Source: Lingula anatina (Eukaryota; Animalia; Brachiopoda). From it: DNA of 64,000 nt. The notes beneath the pieces were generated by a model. It saw only the letters and a list, made by a program, of their open reading frames with translations. It had not been told where the DNA came from and searched no databases. The DNA is taken from assembly GCA_051362555.1 (NCBI GenBank), contig CM120649.1, positions 17,870,567-17,934,566 on the forward strand. Direction: 5' to 3'. Positions 49,425 to 63,201 of this stretch are shown here, one piece after another. The stretch's first letter is position 1, and each line of letters begins with the position of its first letter. The translations under genes and the position numbers were made by a program.

Positions 49425-52407
49425 TATAATTCTCAGATTCAACATAATCTTTCTCACTTACTCAAAACATTTTCTGGGCACATTTTGAATAACATCTTGA
49501 CACTATACCATCTGTATACATACTTCTTCAACATTTGAAGACCCGTATATTGGAGTTGCCATTTTAAACTAATTTCGTTAAATTTCATTTTAGATGTAAG
49601 TACCTATTTCATTTTTATGAAAAAAACTCAAATGACTCAAGATTATCTAAACAATTGAGCTTTTAAGGATTCTAGTCAACGCCAAGTTAACAACTTTTCT
49701 TTATAATTAAGTCCAATAAAACATCATTTTGGTTTCAGGAAAAACCTATGAATTAACACTTGTAGAGATTTGCTGATTTTCTTGATTTTGGATAATTCTA
49801 ACGATTGGCAAAAACAACGTGAGTGATTGGATTCTGACGTTCTTTGTTACGGTAATGGGAAGTGTGCAGGCGTGGTTCAATCTACTAAATTGTTATGTTG
49901 TTTTTATTTCCATGCACACAAAGCCAATGGAATTTATACAAAAGCTATCCGCACGCAGCGTAAACAATAACGGTAAGACCTGAAGAAAACTGGAGACACC
50001 GAACAATGTAAAGAAAGACGTTTATTGACGTTTATGTCGTATGAAGTTATCTATTAACACCGATTATCTTCCTCTTTATTTTCAATTTCCGAAAGATGAT
50101 ACGATAATTTCTGTCGAAGAAGTTAGTAGCCATCCGTGGCAACATAAGATGCTAAATGCATATTTCCTTAAAACCCTATCTTGTGGCTGTAAAATGATCG
50201 AATCGATTTAAAGTGCAGAGAATTAACGAGAAAGCGAATACGCCTGACATTCAGCAAGAACATGCACGGCTTCTTTGCAATTCACTAAGTGTCTGTTCTA
50301 GATACTTATACGAGATGAGAAGAGTTTGTCACTGTTACACATCTCAAGGAATCACCATTTTCTGCTGATCCTTCTGTTACGGAAAATGATTTTATGTGTT
50401 TATGGTGAGGGTAAGAACCAGGGTTATTTGAAGGGGGAACGTCCGAAGATGCTCGCTGAAGGACCCCGAAAATTTTTGGTATTTTAGAGGGCGAACGGTG
50501 CCATTTGGAACGGTTTAGAACAATGACTCGGCTAGTCAAAATTCTAATTAGAGGAGACCAGAAATCGAAGGGGGTGGGGGTGAGTCAGGACCCCCTGGTA
50601 AGAACGTCCTTTCTGCTCTTGTCTTCAAGAAGACACCTTTGAAATCACGCCAGGAATAAAGAGTGGGTGGTGAAGTGAGAAAAACTTTTCTGTAAGGCAA
50701 AGACTACAATTTCTTAGACACTAGATATACTGTTGTCAAACCACACAGTATTAAGAGAAACGCGTACGTGGCAATATTGAAATGGACTGCAGAGATTACG
50801 GCCATTAGGTTGCATAAATGACAAATTAGTCGGTGATTTCCTGCCCAAACACACCTAAACCAACAAGGACGTAAAGATTGAATATGAAGATATTATGTCA
50901 GTTAATCTACCTCTGGCTATGTCGTGATGCTGATCCTAATCGACCGGCTTAATGGCGTTTTTGCCGGAGATTTGCTGACCAAACGCACCATCCCCTAAGT
51001 CACAAGATAAATACTGATCTACGTCATTCTCAATCTTAAGTGTCACCTTCAAATCGTTTTTTAAACAGATATCGTTTAAGGTGTCCTTTGATCAGGAAAC
51101 ATAAACCTGATCTTCCTCCTATTCTGTCAACTTTCCTTTTTTTCATTTTCATCTTAATAAAGGGCGGGGTAGGATGATAATAATGACGCAAAAGTGGAAC
51201 CGTTCGGTTTCGTGTTTCTCGTGTCGGAACGTGCGCGCGTGTGTGCGTGTGAACATCATTAACTGAAATACTCCCACGTGTTTCATGGGAGTAGATTATG
51301 TCATATATGTACGAGGAGGGCGAGAACGGTAGATTTAGACAAGCCTTTCTTCTGCTTGTTCAAGGTTTCTTTTTTACCAAATAAACTTACACTAATGTTA
51401 AACAGGCTTCTGAATGAATACGACTTCTAAGGCTTACAGTTTCATAATAGGCTATTTATGACCACTCTGTCTGTGTAGGGATTCTGTAGAAGGTCTTAAA
51501 GTACATTTATTTGATATGGGCAGAGACAGAAGTTCAGATCCGTAAATTGCAGTGTGGTAAAGTGTCATCTGGTGTTTCTGTCCACAAGTAATCTCGGGTC
51601 CATTTCAGGTTTTGGACTAATTAGTCGAGAACGCTGACTTCGTAAAGTTTTTTTTTTTTTTTTTTTTTTTTTGTGAAATTGCTCTAAGAGTGTTTTCCAA
51701 GAGAGTGGCCCGTAATACGCATACAAAAATGCACCATTCTTGCCACTGTCTGAGCACATGCAGATAAATACTTAAAAAATCACAAGATAGGTGGCCGTTC
51801 AGATTGTTTGCGAAACGCATCATAGTCTGCTAACCTTCTATGCTGTCTTTACTACGGCAGATTTCGGACTGTGGCCGTTTTGTTCTTGACGCAGCCAAGT
51901 ATGATTAATGTCCAATAAACTGCTCTCTGCTAAAAGTTATTGTCACATTGTTATCTGTGTAATGAATCCCGCATCCCGACGGATTCTTCCAAGTATATAT
52001 CATGTAGGACAAAGGAAAAGACCGTGGTTCTAACACTTTGCATTCGAAGAAAATTTGAGAATTAAGAATTAACATCCTTAGTATACTCGCAGATGAGACG
52101 CACCTAAGGGGTGCAAGATATGGATCGGTGTTATCAGATTTCATAAACCTTCGGAAATATGTCTTGTTTTCGAGTGACCCATTCCAGCAATAAGAGACTT
52201 CATTTCGACAAAAAAAATTATGGATATGCATCGTTACTTTTATGCAGCTTCCAATGGCATTTGGACCTTTATATAAAATATATATATAACGATTCATTGT
52301 TTCTTATGATATAAAGCAGTACATATAAATAATACACATGTATTTCATAACGTTAATTGATATAATACATAATATATTCTATACTGGGGCACCAAGGTAT
52401 GACTCAC

Positions 52408-53028
52408 CTGTAGTTTGTCCGGTGGTACAACCCTCAGAAAGTACGGATACTTCACTTTATCACTGAGGGTGTCACTGGTGGACGCATAGCTGACCTGAGG
52501 GATGTGAAACAGCGTCAGGAACCCTGCGGAACCGATGCTAGCCACGCTAAACCCTGCGCCCACAACTCCCGCCACGTGGAAGTAATCTCCACTTAGAAGA
52601 GAGCTCTCATTCCCGCCACCGACACCGGAAGTGTGACAGCCGGTCTCGTTGTAAGGCGCGAACTTCATCGACTGCGCCAAAGCGGTGCTTTCTTTCATGC
52701 ACGTGTCCAGCATGGCAAAGCCGAGGGTTACATTCGGAAGGAGCTCGGTACTGTTATTGATGAGCTCGATGGCAAAGCGCATGGCCTCCGGTAGCTGCAG
52801 CGCCGCCTTGATCCACAGGGAGTCCCCGCAAGGCTTCGTGGCACTGTATTTGGTGATTGGGAACAGCCCGCCAAGTATGACGTCACCATTCCTGACGTAA
52901 GGCCTGTCGGGAAGGTCCGGAACTGAAATGCGCCCCTCTGCCACGTGTAGTATTATTATTATGCCGAAAAGTAAAACCGGCATGACACCGGTGTTTGCTC
53001 TTGTCATTGTGTGCTGTGATAGAACCAT
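52408..53028 (-). CDS. mGluR-like class C GPCR, coding exon 1 (signal peptide and N-terminal Venus flytrap)
   Basis: AAAATGG start at 53028 (the ORF-track start at 53061 is TTG; alternative ATGs at 53007 and 52983); hydrophobic leader, GDVILGGLFP, LLPNVTLG, LDTC, IPQVSYASTS, YPYFLRVVPPD; donor CAG|GTGAGT. Join 53028-52408,46394-44883,44581-44216,43930-43715 = 904 aa. Confidence 0.93.
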
Positions 53029-55415
53029 TTTTGTGACTTTTTTAAACGCTAGCTCATTCAATGTAAGCTTCCCTCTGTGACTCTCTGATAATGAAGGTTT
53101 GTCTCAAAAAAAGCGTCCATAGGTCTTCCTCAATGTTTCACATACTGTGATGTGTCCGTGATCTTTTCTACCTCAGACCTGGAACTGAGGTGCGCGTTAG
53201 TTAAATTTTGAATTTTTGAATTTTAGGAAAAATCCTCCTGTACGATGGTCATAGTGTCTTTTCTTCAGCTTTGTGTAAGTCACCAACATGTGACTAATAT
53301 GTATGTTGTATAACAGCCTTTCCTGCTCCGCCTTCCTTAATGTCTGAATACTCTCTATAAGTCCTTTTATTTTCAATGCAGGAGCGGACTATTAATCAAT
53401 AATATCCTGACAATGTATTGAAATACTGTAGCTGAAGTTTGGACCTTAATATATCTCCATCTGTAGTGTATGGAACACTCTATGTTATTCAAACGGTAAG
53501 CCTTGTTTATAATCCCTTCTGCTAAATGCCAACCGTCTTTTTACTCTGTATATTGTCCAAAACACATCAATGCTGTCATTTTGCTCAACTGGCACAAAGA
53601 GCAAAGAAGGACACTCAACCAAAGTCCGCTGAAAGCTGTAAAGTCACCTGTTAATTTCCCACGTGCATCACGTCTAAAATGTTCCGATCATAAAACATAT
53701 TTAATCGTCTTCGTTACCTAGCGCACTGTACATGTGCCGGTCAGCTTTTGTATCTGAAATGACAAAGATGACATCCATTTAAGCACCAGAGCCGGATATT
53801 AATATCAAGACCTCTACAATACAGATACTAAACAAATTTCATAACCCAGAGGTAAACAAAAAAAACGACGGCAGCGGAAGTCTTCAGTTTGCTTGATATG
53901 TCGTCCACGAACCTTTGGATCTTAGGTCACGACGAATATTGTAACATGTAAGTCTTATTGTATTACATTGTGTTTTACAACAAAGATAAATGAGACGAAT
54001 AGAACTGCAGTGTAAATTGGGTATGTTGCTGAGTTAAGCTTCAGTTTAGCATATTGTTAAACATGTACATGAACATCTTTAATTAGAGTATTGTAAAAAT
54101 CAATGACAAGTTGTTGTTTTATTGTAAGGGCCGTTTGACCCAAAGCTAAAGAATACAGGTTCGTGACAAATCGAAATCTTTTCCGTAGTGAACACTGAAA
54201 GTTGTCAGCACGATGAAAGTATACAAAAAAGGTTAATACAAAAGGTAGGCCTACGCATGTTTCATAAATGCGAAAAATGTCTAAAGCCATCAGTTCGTTT
54301 GCTGTGCACACGTACTTTTCTCTCTCTCTCTCAGCGTTCACCAGCCTGCCATTTCAACCAAAGAGTAGACTAATAGGTGTTTTGTTGTATTTTCAAAAGA
54401 ATAATTGCCAATTACTGGGCCCCCAACACGAAATGTAATCACTGCTTAATAAACCACCCTTTCCCTGCGGAAATCACCGATGCTGTTAATGTGGCATTAT
54501 AGAGTTCTGAAAACATTGCAGAACCCTGTGCCCATCTTTAGGAACAGTCGATAATTGGACAACGATAATTCGAGAGTTGAGAAATATGATAATTACGTAA
54601 CTTCCTAAATTCCACATAGACCGTAAAAAATACACAGAGGAAGAAGATGAGGAAACATAAACCATAAATATAGAACTTGCAATTTTCCGTTTTTTTAGGT
54701 TATGAACTACCTGTATGTGAGTAGTTTTAACGAAACAATATAGAAGTGTTGGTAGATATAAGAGAAAGCGTTTTTAATTTTGTTTGTTTGTTTGTTTGTT
54801 TTTCCTGTGTTATATACGCAAAAAAGATAAAGAATAAAAAAGAAATAGAATAAATAAATATTCAGCCATCTGAATGCTGTGAGCTTGTTTTAGTGACAAA
54901 AAATAGTAGGTAAATGTTTTGTTGTACAATATAAACGCATAATTAAGTGTACTTAAAACACAGAAAACGATCATACATGTTGTAACTATAGTATTAAAAT
55001 GACCTTGTCTTGAATGGAGTCTTGTCATGATTTAAATAACCAGTTGTACCAGTGGTGATCATGAGTAGCTGTCTTAGTGCACATAAAATTAAATCTTTAC
55101 ACATACATGTAGTAAGTTATGCTCTGTATATACTCTGTATATAAATTCAACACAGAACCAAACACATTGTTAGCAGTGTCCGCATGAAAGAACGAATGAC
55201 GCAAAGCATCTTAAAGGACACACGAAACATAACAAATTCTGGCATTTTATATTGCTCTCAGAAATGTTTTGTTTTTTTAATTTAGAAATGGATTAAAACC
55301 ATTAAATACGTTTCAGGTTCTTAAAGATCTTTGAACAAGGTGTTGTTTTTCTGTTTTGTTTCTTTATCACGTTATGAACGGATACAGGAGTATCTTTGCC
55401 AGAGTCACGCGGTAA

Positions 55416-55676
55416 CCCAGCAAACACAGAATGTTTTATAACGTTAAAATCCTGTTATCATATAAGTATTATTATTGATGCATCTCTGAAGATCTACTTT
55501 ATAGTTGTCAAATATAATCCAAGCTTTCGACCCCTAGGCCTTATTCGGGGATTATGAAAAAAAAAGATCTATACGGTGAATTGACATGAATCCTGTTATC
55601 AGAACGTTTTTTTTTTTTTTTTTTTTGTTACATATACTTTATGGTAACGTTATAATAACGTTCTTTGTTTGGTGGG
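55416..55676. mobile_element. MITE with CCCAGCAAACAC-type TIR and 2-bp TSD AA (CMC/EnSpm-like), interrupted by a nested insert
   Basis: AA|CCCAGCAAACACAGAATGTTTTATAACGTT ... AACGTTATAATAACGTTCTTTGTTTGGTGGG|AA. Confidence 0.75.
55461..55588 (-). mobile_element. 128-bp insertion with 13-bp target duplication carrying a decayed minimal hammerhead motif (Penelope-like)
   Basis: AATCCTGTTATCA at 55448-55460 and 55589-55601; - strand ATAATCC-CCGAATAA-GGCC-TAGG-GGTC-GAAA-GCTT-GGATTAT at 55555-55514. Confidence 0.55.
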
Positions 55677-57196
55677 AAGAACTGGGACCAATTTTACAGG
55701 GTGACAGCGAAGACTTAAACCAATCAGAGTCTCAGTATGATAAAATCATTATTATTAAATCGCCCCACCTTCTTATACTTCTCTCTCTCCCTGGCTATGG
55801 GTTCTAAGCTGCTTGCGATGCTGCTTTGTCAGTTATTGCTGTCTAAAACTCCTCTAACGACCAAGTGGTCTCTATATCAGTGACGTAGTGGTTAAGACTC
55901 CGGAAGGCTTTCCAACGGTGCACTGTCCACAGATGGCTCGTGCGTATATTGTTTTTGTTATGGCCGTGAACTGTGTAATGAAGCAAGAATCCGCAATATT
56001 AATCTGGTGCTCAGTGAGTTGCAATCCATTCTGATAACTCAATTATCTCGAATTCCGGAATCTGAAAAGGATTATCCGAGTGAACGAAACTTCTACGCAG
56101 TTCAAAGATACAATTATGTTACGTACAATTACTGATTACCGAGAAGAAACGGTTCAGTTGCCTAAGTTCTGTGTCCTGTTCAGGTGTAGGTTATAGAATA
56201 TGCAAGTGTTCATTCTGCAAAGTTTAGTTTTACAGACTATACAATTTTACTTCACAAAAGAAAGACACTGGGATTTTCGTCAATAGTACTGATAATGTAT
56301 GTTTTTTTGTCTTTCTTCTCGTATTGGAAATTGGGGTTATTGTGTCTAGTTGTGTGTGTGTCTCATTTTAATTTAAACAGGCCATTCGAACACTCAAAGG
56401 CTACGAAGTGACGGATAATTTCTGCCACACTGTGGCAAGGAAAATCCCATGGGTTCATATTTTCACACCGAAACACTATATGCATGAGAGCCTGTCATTC
56501 ATGTCATTCACAAATTATTTTATAAAATGTTTTTTTTCTCATTAACCGGCATTATTTCGCCCCTATTATTGAATGTGAAAGCAAAAATGTAACCAGCCCA
56601 CCACTTTGTTAATCATATTATCTATTATTTATATCTCCAAGATAGAACAGCCTTGTGATTTCATTGTTTAAAGTGGATATAACTATTTACTCATTCTCTC
56701 TCTCTCTCATCACGCCCATTATATATACGCCGTTATTTCATTGTTAAACATGTTACGGAGGCTAAACATGTTACGGATTCATCAGTTAATGACATCGTGA
56801 CGTCAGACTACAATGTTCACATCAATCAGAGAAGAAGAAAAAAAATGGAAAACGCAATTAGACACGTTGTTTTGAGAGAAAGAGAGAGAGAGAGAGAGAG
56901 AGTACCAGGCAATCCAAGCACAGTAGAAATTTGTTTCAGAATATTTGATTTAAAAATATAGCTTACTTACAATTTTTTCAATAATTCAACCCCAAACATT
57001 ATTCAGTCATTTTTTATAGTAAATGCACAGGTAAAGCGAGGGAAATTGATCAACATCCAGGTTCATATATAGGACGAGAGAACTGCTAGGGCCAGCTATA
57101 AAAGGCCTACAATACCGGGCACATGCAAGCAGCTTATCAATAATTTGTGCCCTCTGCTGTGCTCGATGAGATGCTGACTGAAAAAAATATAAGGGG

Positions 57197-57629
57197 CTTG
57201 CAGAGTGTTTAGTCTTCGTGTTTTACCAGGCAATGAGAGGGAGAAAGGCCAACACTTAATAAAGAGACTCCCAATTAAAAAGATTATTTTTCGAAAAAAT
57301 TTTACCACACTGCCCCGTCATTACTTTAGCCTCTGAAGCCTTTGGCCCTGACATTACTTTGTTTGTTTTTTTTTTCTTTGAGAAAAATGACAACATTTAT
57401 CACAATGGTCCATTGTACTTGAATTCAATGAACTAGAGTGGAATACCCTGGGTTAGTGTGTAACCAAACCGCCATTGCCTTGGTAGGATTTATTTTGAGC
57501 TCACTTCCAAGTTGCAATACAACGGAACGTCACAACATTTTGTTTAACGCGCGAACCGCAGTGCTCATCACACATATCCTGCGTGTATCCATCTTGCAGA
57601 ATGTTAAGTCTGCGTGTTTTACCAGGCAA
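57197..57629. repeat. Dispersed direct repeat pair of about 37 bp
   Basis: CTTGCAGAGTGTTTAGTCTTCGTGTTTTACCAGGCAA (57197-57233) and CTTGCAGAATGTTAAGTCTGCGTGTTTTACCAGGCAA (57593-57629). Confidence 0.75.
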
Positions 57630-58485
57630 ATGAACATTAGACGTTGTAGTTGAAAAACCATTATGTCTGATAGAAAGAACACCTGCTGAGGTAAAGAAAT
57701 TTTTCAAGAATCGTGTCTGAAATAAAATGTCGCGGTCACACTACGCTTCTGAAGACCGAAACCAGATCGCTATTGTTGACGTGATCAGTTTGACTTGAGG
57801 TCGAGCCGATGTCCTTCAAGCTTTATATTCAACCAAAACCTCTTAGTGTAATATGATTAGAAGGACCTAAAAACTCTCCTCTAGTATTTTAACAATTAGG
57901 TCGTCTTTACTATACCCAGATCGAAGCGTATAAGATCTCCGTAAGCACAATGTGAACACAGCCCATTTCGTGTTGAATGTGGAAGTTTTATCAAAATGTC
58001 AGTGAAAAGGACCCTTATTCCCTGAAAGCATACAACTTCCGAAATGTTCCAACGTAAAAAATGCCTATTAGCCAATACACGTGACTAAATGCAAACAGCA
58101 TAATTTGAGCTTGTGAGTAAGAGTTCTGTGGTAAGATTTCGGCATAGCTTGCAGCCTTCCGTGCCCAGATTGTATTTATGATAAAAATGAAAGTTGTGAT
58201 TCATTGGTTTGTTTTTTTTGTAACGTTAAGATCTGGGCGAGGTGAAGGTCTTTTATGAGATTCAATTATAATTCCATTCTTATTTAATTTATTAATTGTA
58301 TTACTACTCCTGCTATTTATCATATATAGGAAATCCTGTTTGAAGAAACTTCTTCACACATGATGTTGTGGTATCTTTTACATCTTTAAAATGATTTTCA
58401 TGAAATCATGTCTTGACAATGATACCTAGTTGCTTTAAGATAAGTTTGTTATAAGACAAGTTTAGCTTGTACAGCAAGCCACACA

Positions 58486-58570
58486 TCTTAACCTATCAGG
58501 AACAGTGTTACAGCACTCTCATGGACACATGCATACGTCTTACCCTATCAGGAACAGTGTTACAACACTC
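58486..58570. repeat. Tandem duplication, 52-bp period
   Basis: TCTTAMCCTATCAGGAACAGTGTTACARCACTC at 58486-58518 and 58538-58570. Confidence 0.8.
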
Positions 58571-60461
58571 ATCTTTACTTAGCCGGGGAATTGACCTAAG
58601 TTTTTTTTTTAACCGGGGTCTAAACTCACTATTGTTTCTATAGGTTTAGACTGGGTTTCGCCAGGTCACACGTTCAGTGCAGTATTTCATTTTGTAGGTT
58701 ACACATGAAAATAATTGCACGTAAATTACTTTTAATTCATAACGACCACCTTGAAACGGATTCTAATTTATATCAGCCAAGGCTCCATTTTATTCTTATT
58801 AACATGTAGTACAGTTGTATCCACAAAATTCTACTGAGGTGCCATGGACGTATATGTATACAGTCATAAAATGTATCCAAAGTGACTCTAATGAGTTTCT
58901 GTAGAACAGGCACTTTGGGTAATCCATTAGAGGGAACGCAATGCTTTTAAGAGTTGTAGTTCAACAAAAATTCGCTCTCCAAGAAAATATTTCATCATCA
59001 GTCTACAATATGTTTCCTTAGACTATTATTGTGACTACAAAATAACAGCACTTTTCTGTAGGAATACTTCTCGTAGTCGTTCTGTTAGGAATACTTCTCG
59101 CACAATAAGAAACTACTTTACACGCAATTTTCTGACAATATTTATGCTGGATGAAGTAAGGCGATCGTAAATGTCCTGGTAACGAGCGTTCTCTACGGAA
59201 ATATGTTTTTACCTGTCGGGTTAAGTATCTCCTGAAGTAACTACGTGTCCTTTATTACAGGATTTTTGTATTAATGTACACATTTTATTCACCTAAAGAG
59301 AGAATACGGGATGTTAAAAATCATATTCTAAATTATTTAAACTAAGCACTCAATCTACAAATAATTCATAGGCTGTTATGTTGCTTTATTCTCTTCGTCT
59401 CGAACTGAAAATTTGACGAATTTTCGGCCATCCGTTCAGATTGGCATTTTCTTCCGTACGTGCTACGTGCTATTTGCTTTGACTCACTGTTGGAACACAT
59501 TTACATCTTACTTCAGCATAACTGCCCGACTGTTAATCGTTTGAATGGCGAATAACGAGCTGTACGGATGTCCGCCAGGTGTCACTGGAGGTGAGATAAA
59601 CACGTTAAGTTGCAAATCTCCCGCAAAGTCCTTAATTTGGTTCGAAGATTTTATTGAATAACTTCAAGAAAAGCCTTTATAACAAGTGTGTTTGTACCAA
59701 AGAACATTATTATTATTACTCCGTAAAGCTGTTTCAAGTCTAGAAACAAGATAAATCATCTTTATTATGCAAAAATTTTGAAGAACATAGGCAGACAAAA
59801 CAAAATTAAAGAAATAAAAAACCTTGAACATTTTCTTCAAAGGCATACTATGCGAATAATCACTACACATGAAAACTCGAATCCAAGCGTAACAAAAGCC
59901 TAAATTATCGAGAACTTGTTACTGGACTGACGATGTTAATTTATATGCTGTGTTTTGGTCAGGGATACCACTTTATGCTACGTGTACGTGTTAACAAGAT
60001 GTCAAATGAGATAATTTCTGTACATGAAATTACATAGTGGCAGGATGTTTAACATTAAATTAATATGCTACTGTGTTCAAGGGGGTATTCTATCACACGC
60101 AATTTTAGAATACGAGAAAATGTGTAGTGACTGGGTTAGCTACGAGTATGTACAATGATTTTTCAAATAAAAATGTATCTATGGCGTAGCATGTGCTGGA
60201 CTCTTCAGTGCGATATGCTATGCATAATTATCATAGCTTCTGTTTTTATAGTAAAACTGAATTGTTAAGAATAAATGATTGAAAAGATAAGAAAATAATG
60301 AATTAATAAATAAAACTGAACGATAATAAATCAATAAAACAACATACAAGTATACATATTGCAAGAATATGATGTGCCAAAATTAAAAAGATGAAGCCAC
60401 TTCTTAATAACCCCCTACCTTTCGTTTAGTTTTCTCTTTTTATTAAACCATGCAGGCCCCG

Positions 60462-60465
<4 letters not shown>

Positions 60466-60499
<34 letters not shown>
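60466..60499. repeat. (CA)n microsatellite
   Basis: Directly visible. Confidence 0.95.
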
Positions 60500-60501
<2 letters not shown>

Positions 60502-62986
60502 TCAGTTACCTGGCTTAGTTGACTAGGATTTTCATGCGAGTGCTGTGATTCCACTGAAGCCGACTTTAGTTTTTGTGTATTTGAAACTGGGGCCACTTGC
60601 CGTAATTGACTGTCCGCCTATCTGCTCGTCCTTTCTATCCATCCATCCTTCTATCCATCCATCCCATTCGCTCACATTTATTCATTTTGATTTACAGAAC
60701 CAAATTTCTTATCTCTACATATTTACCTGTATTCCAAAGAACAATAATTGTAAATTCATTTTGAAGCTTCAAACACCGACTTAAAAAAAAAAAAAATTGG
60801 CCTGACTAACCTCAGTTTCCTTGTTATGTGCTCATTGTTGTCCGAATGCTGGAACAAACAGCAGAAGAGGCTGCACTCGCTGGCTCTTCATGTAGAATAA
60901 AAGCGAGGTCGAGGCGGTTGCTTTCAGGGTGGAAGTATTTAAAGAGCTTCTGGTTCGCGTGCAAGAGTTGGTGACGTTAACAAGCGAGCACTCTGTGATA
61001 GGCATAAATAGGAAGCCTAAGTAAGACTGTTACCACTTCAACCTGCTCAACGTTATACGAAAATTTGCCGTGCAGGTTTTCTTGCGTCTTTTCTTCTTTG
61101 TTTCTTCTCATTGCCTTTTGTTCCTAATTGTTTTCTAAATGCAGACTGAGACAGTTGGGGTTCTACAATTTTGTACTCTGCTTCGAAAGCCACAAGTAAA
61201 TGAGTTTTCTATAATATATCATGTTTTCTAAAACGTTGATTGACAATTACCAAACACGTTTTCATTGGCTAAAATCTGCCTAAGCTAAGCCGTTATGACA
61301 TTTTGATGACTTCAACAGCCAGTTTTACCGGTAGCTAATTAAGCTTGGGCGTGTATGTTTCCAATGCTTGTTTTCTAGATACTGGGCATTTGATTATCTT
61401 ATATGATTAGCAATCACAGTCAATTGTATACTCTGGCATTTCATACAATTAACCCATTTCAATTTTTAAATACGGCACAAACGGTATCTTAAAAAATAAA
61501 CAAATACTTTTAAAAATAATCATTCAAAAACAACTAGATAAGAAAGTAAATGAGTGCGTTTCTGGCAGATAGTAACCAAAAATTTTAATTAATAAGAACC
61601 CTGATAAGATTGATTTATTGGGGGTATTTATCGGTGTTTTTATCGTTTTCTGTCTCCTCTTTAGCCTGCGTGTCTGTTCGATTTTCTAGCCCACGCCTCT
61701 GTTTACGAATCTTTGTCCGTCATCTCTGCTGGCTTGTTCATCTGATTAATTCTAAAATCTCTTGCGTGTCGCCATGGTTACGTTGTTGTTGTTGTTGTTT
61801 TGGTGAGCTCTGGAACACTCCACAGGATATCAGGAAAGTCAAGCCCAGAGACCTGTTTAAGACTGAGTTTTTTGGCTATTTATTATTATTATTATTATTG
61901 TTGTTGTTGTTGTTTTTGTTCTAGTTGTTGTTGTTGTTAAAGTTTAAGGTGGCTTACAATAGAACATACGTCCATAGCATTGGTTATTTGAATAGTTTTA
62001 AAATGTCAGCCACAGCCTATTGTGAGTTTATATATCTTCAAGTTCGACAATGTTTCTGACGTTGATTCATTGCACCTCCCGTCAATATTAATAACCTTAT
62101 CTAACTCACTATGCGCCCCAGATTTACGACATACATACAGCAATATTAACCATTTTTATTCCACACTGTTACTGTCTGCGTTGCCATACAACACCACAAG
62201 TCTTCATGTATGTATAACACAAGTATTTGATATTTGACAGGACTCGGCAGAAACCAGTCACGAGTCAATTAGCAGGCGCCTTCATTGTTTTTTAAAACAA
62301 CTCAACGAGGCAACTTTATTCCATCCAAATGACAACTGCATATTTGCGATTAACGCGACACGTGTCTGGCAGAGTGTGGCTTGATAACGAACGAAGACCA
62401 CAAAACTCACTATTTTTACTCTTACGAAACACCGCTGTTAACCACACTTAAGACAGAAACAAGCTATTTACAACATTCGAAAGCACGAATATATGATTCA
62501 CATTTATTCACCACACTTACTTACGTCTTTATTGCTATTTGTATCAAATACAGTGCACAATTCTCAGCGCTTTGAGGCAAAACGGACTTGTGAATCACAG
62601 TTAGAAATCATAAAATTTTCATGCACATATATGAATGAATCATTGTTACATGTCTGAGTTATCCACGAAATATATATTATTATGTACCGTTATCCTGCAG
62701 CGAATCGTGATTCACTTACTAAGAGGACACTACAGTGGGGCTTTGAAAAACAATATACCAATGACCAATGTCGCTTATTTCATGTCAAAGTTTCAAAATA
62801 TCAGAGAATAGGAACAGCTGTATTTTCAAAAAACTACAGAATTTGCATGGAAGCTGACATACATCATGTATAATAGCTGTCACTCGGTTATTTTTCTCGA
62901 CAAAGTGAGACTTTTTTCATCAAGACAGCAGCTGAAAAAAAAAAAACCTAGAACTTACCTTCGCACTCCTACTCGTTCGGATTTGA

Positions 62987-63201
62987 GACCCCATTCCCAG
63001 AGATTAGTTCGATCCAATCTAGATCGACCTAACTCCCTGGGGGTTCACGCTAAATAGCTGTCAGCCGAGCGGGCACGAAAGTTAATTACCCCTTTACAGC
63101 TTGTAGTTGGCGGGACGGGCATTTAAGCCGGATTATCTGACAGTAATCTAGTGAGACTCCCCACGGGGATAGATCGATCTATAATCTATGGGAATACGCC
63201 C
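62987..63201. mobile_element. MITE family D, copy 2
   Basis: Same orientation as, and near-identical to, 49210-49424. Confidence 0.85.

Noticed and set aside
55880-55901. GTGACGTAGTGGTTAAGACTC, resembling a tRNA A-box/D-arm
   Set aside because: No B-box or cloverleaf follows; at most a SINE-head remnant. The same applies to about 63274-63320.
57749-57762. CTGAAGACCGAAAC, hammerhead core-like words
   Set aside because: No room for stem II and no convincing stems I and III.
60505-62960. Possible non-coding 5' exons of the GPCR (minus-strand donor-like sites near 60509, 60810 and 62958; acceptor-like site near 53179)
   Set aside because: Splice-like words alone cannot be told from chance without transcript data.
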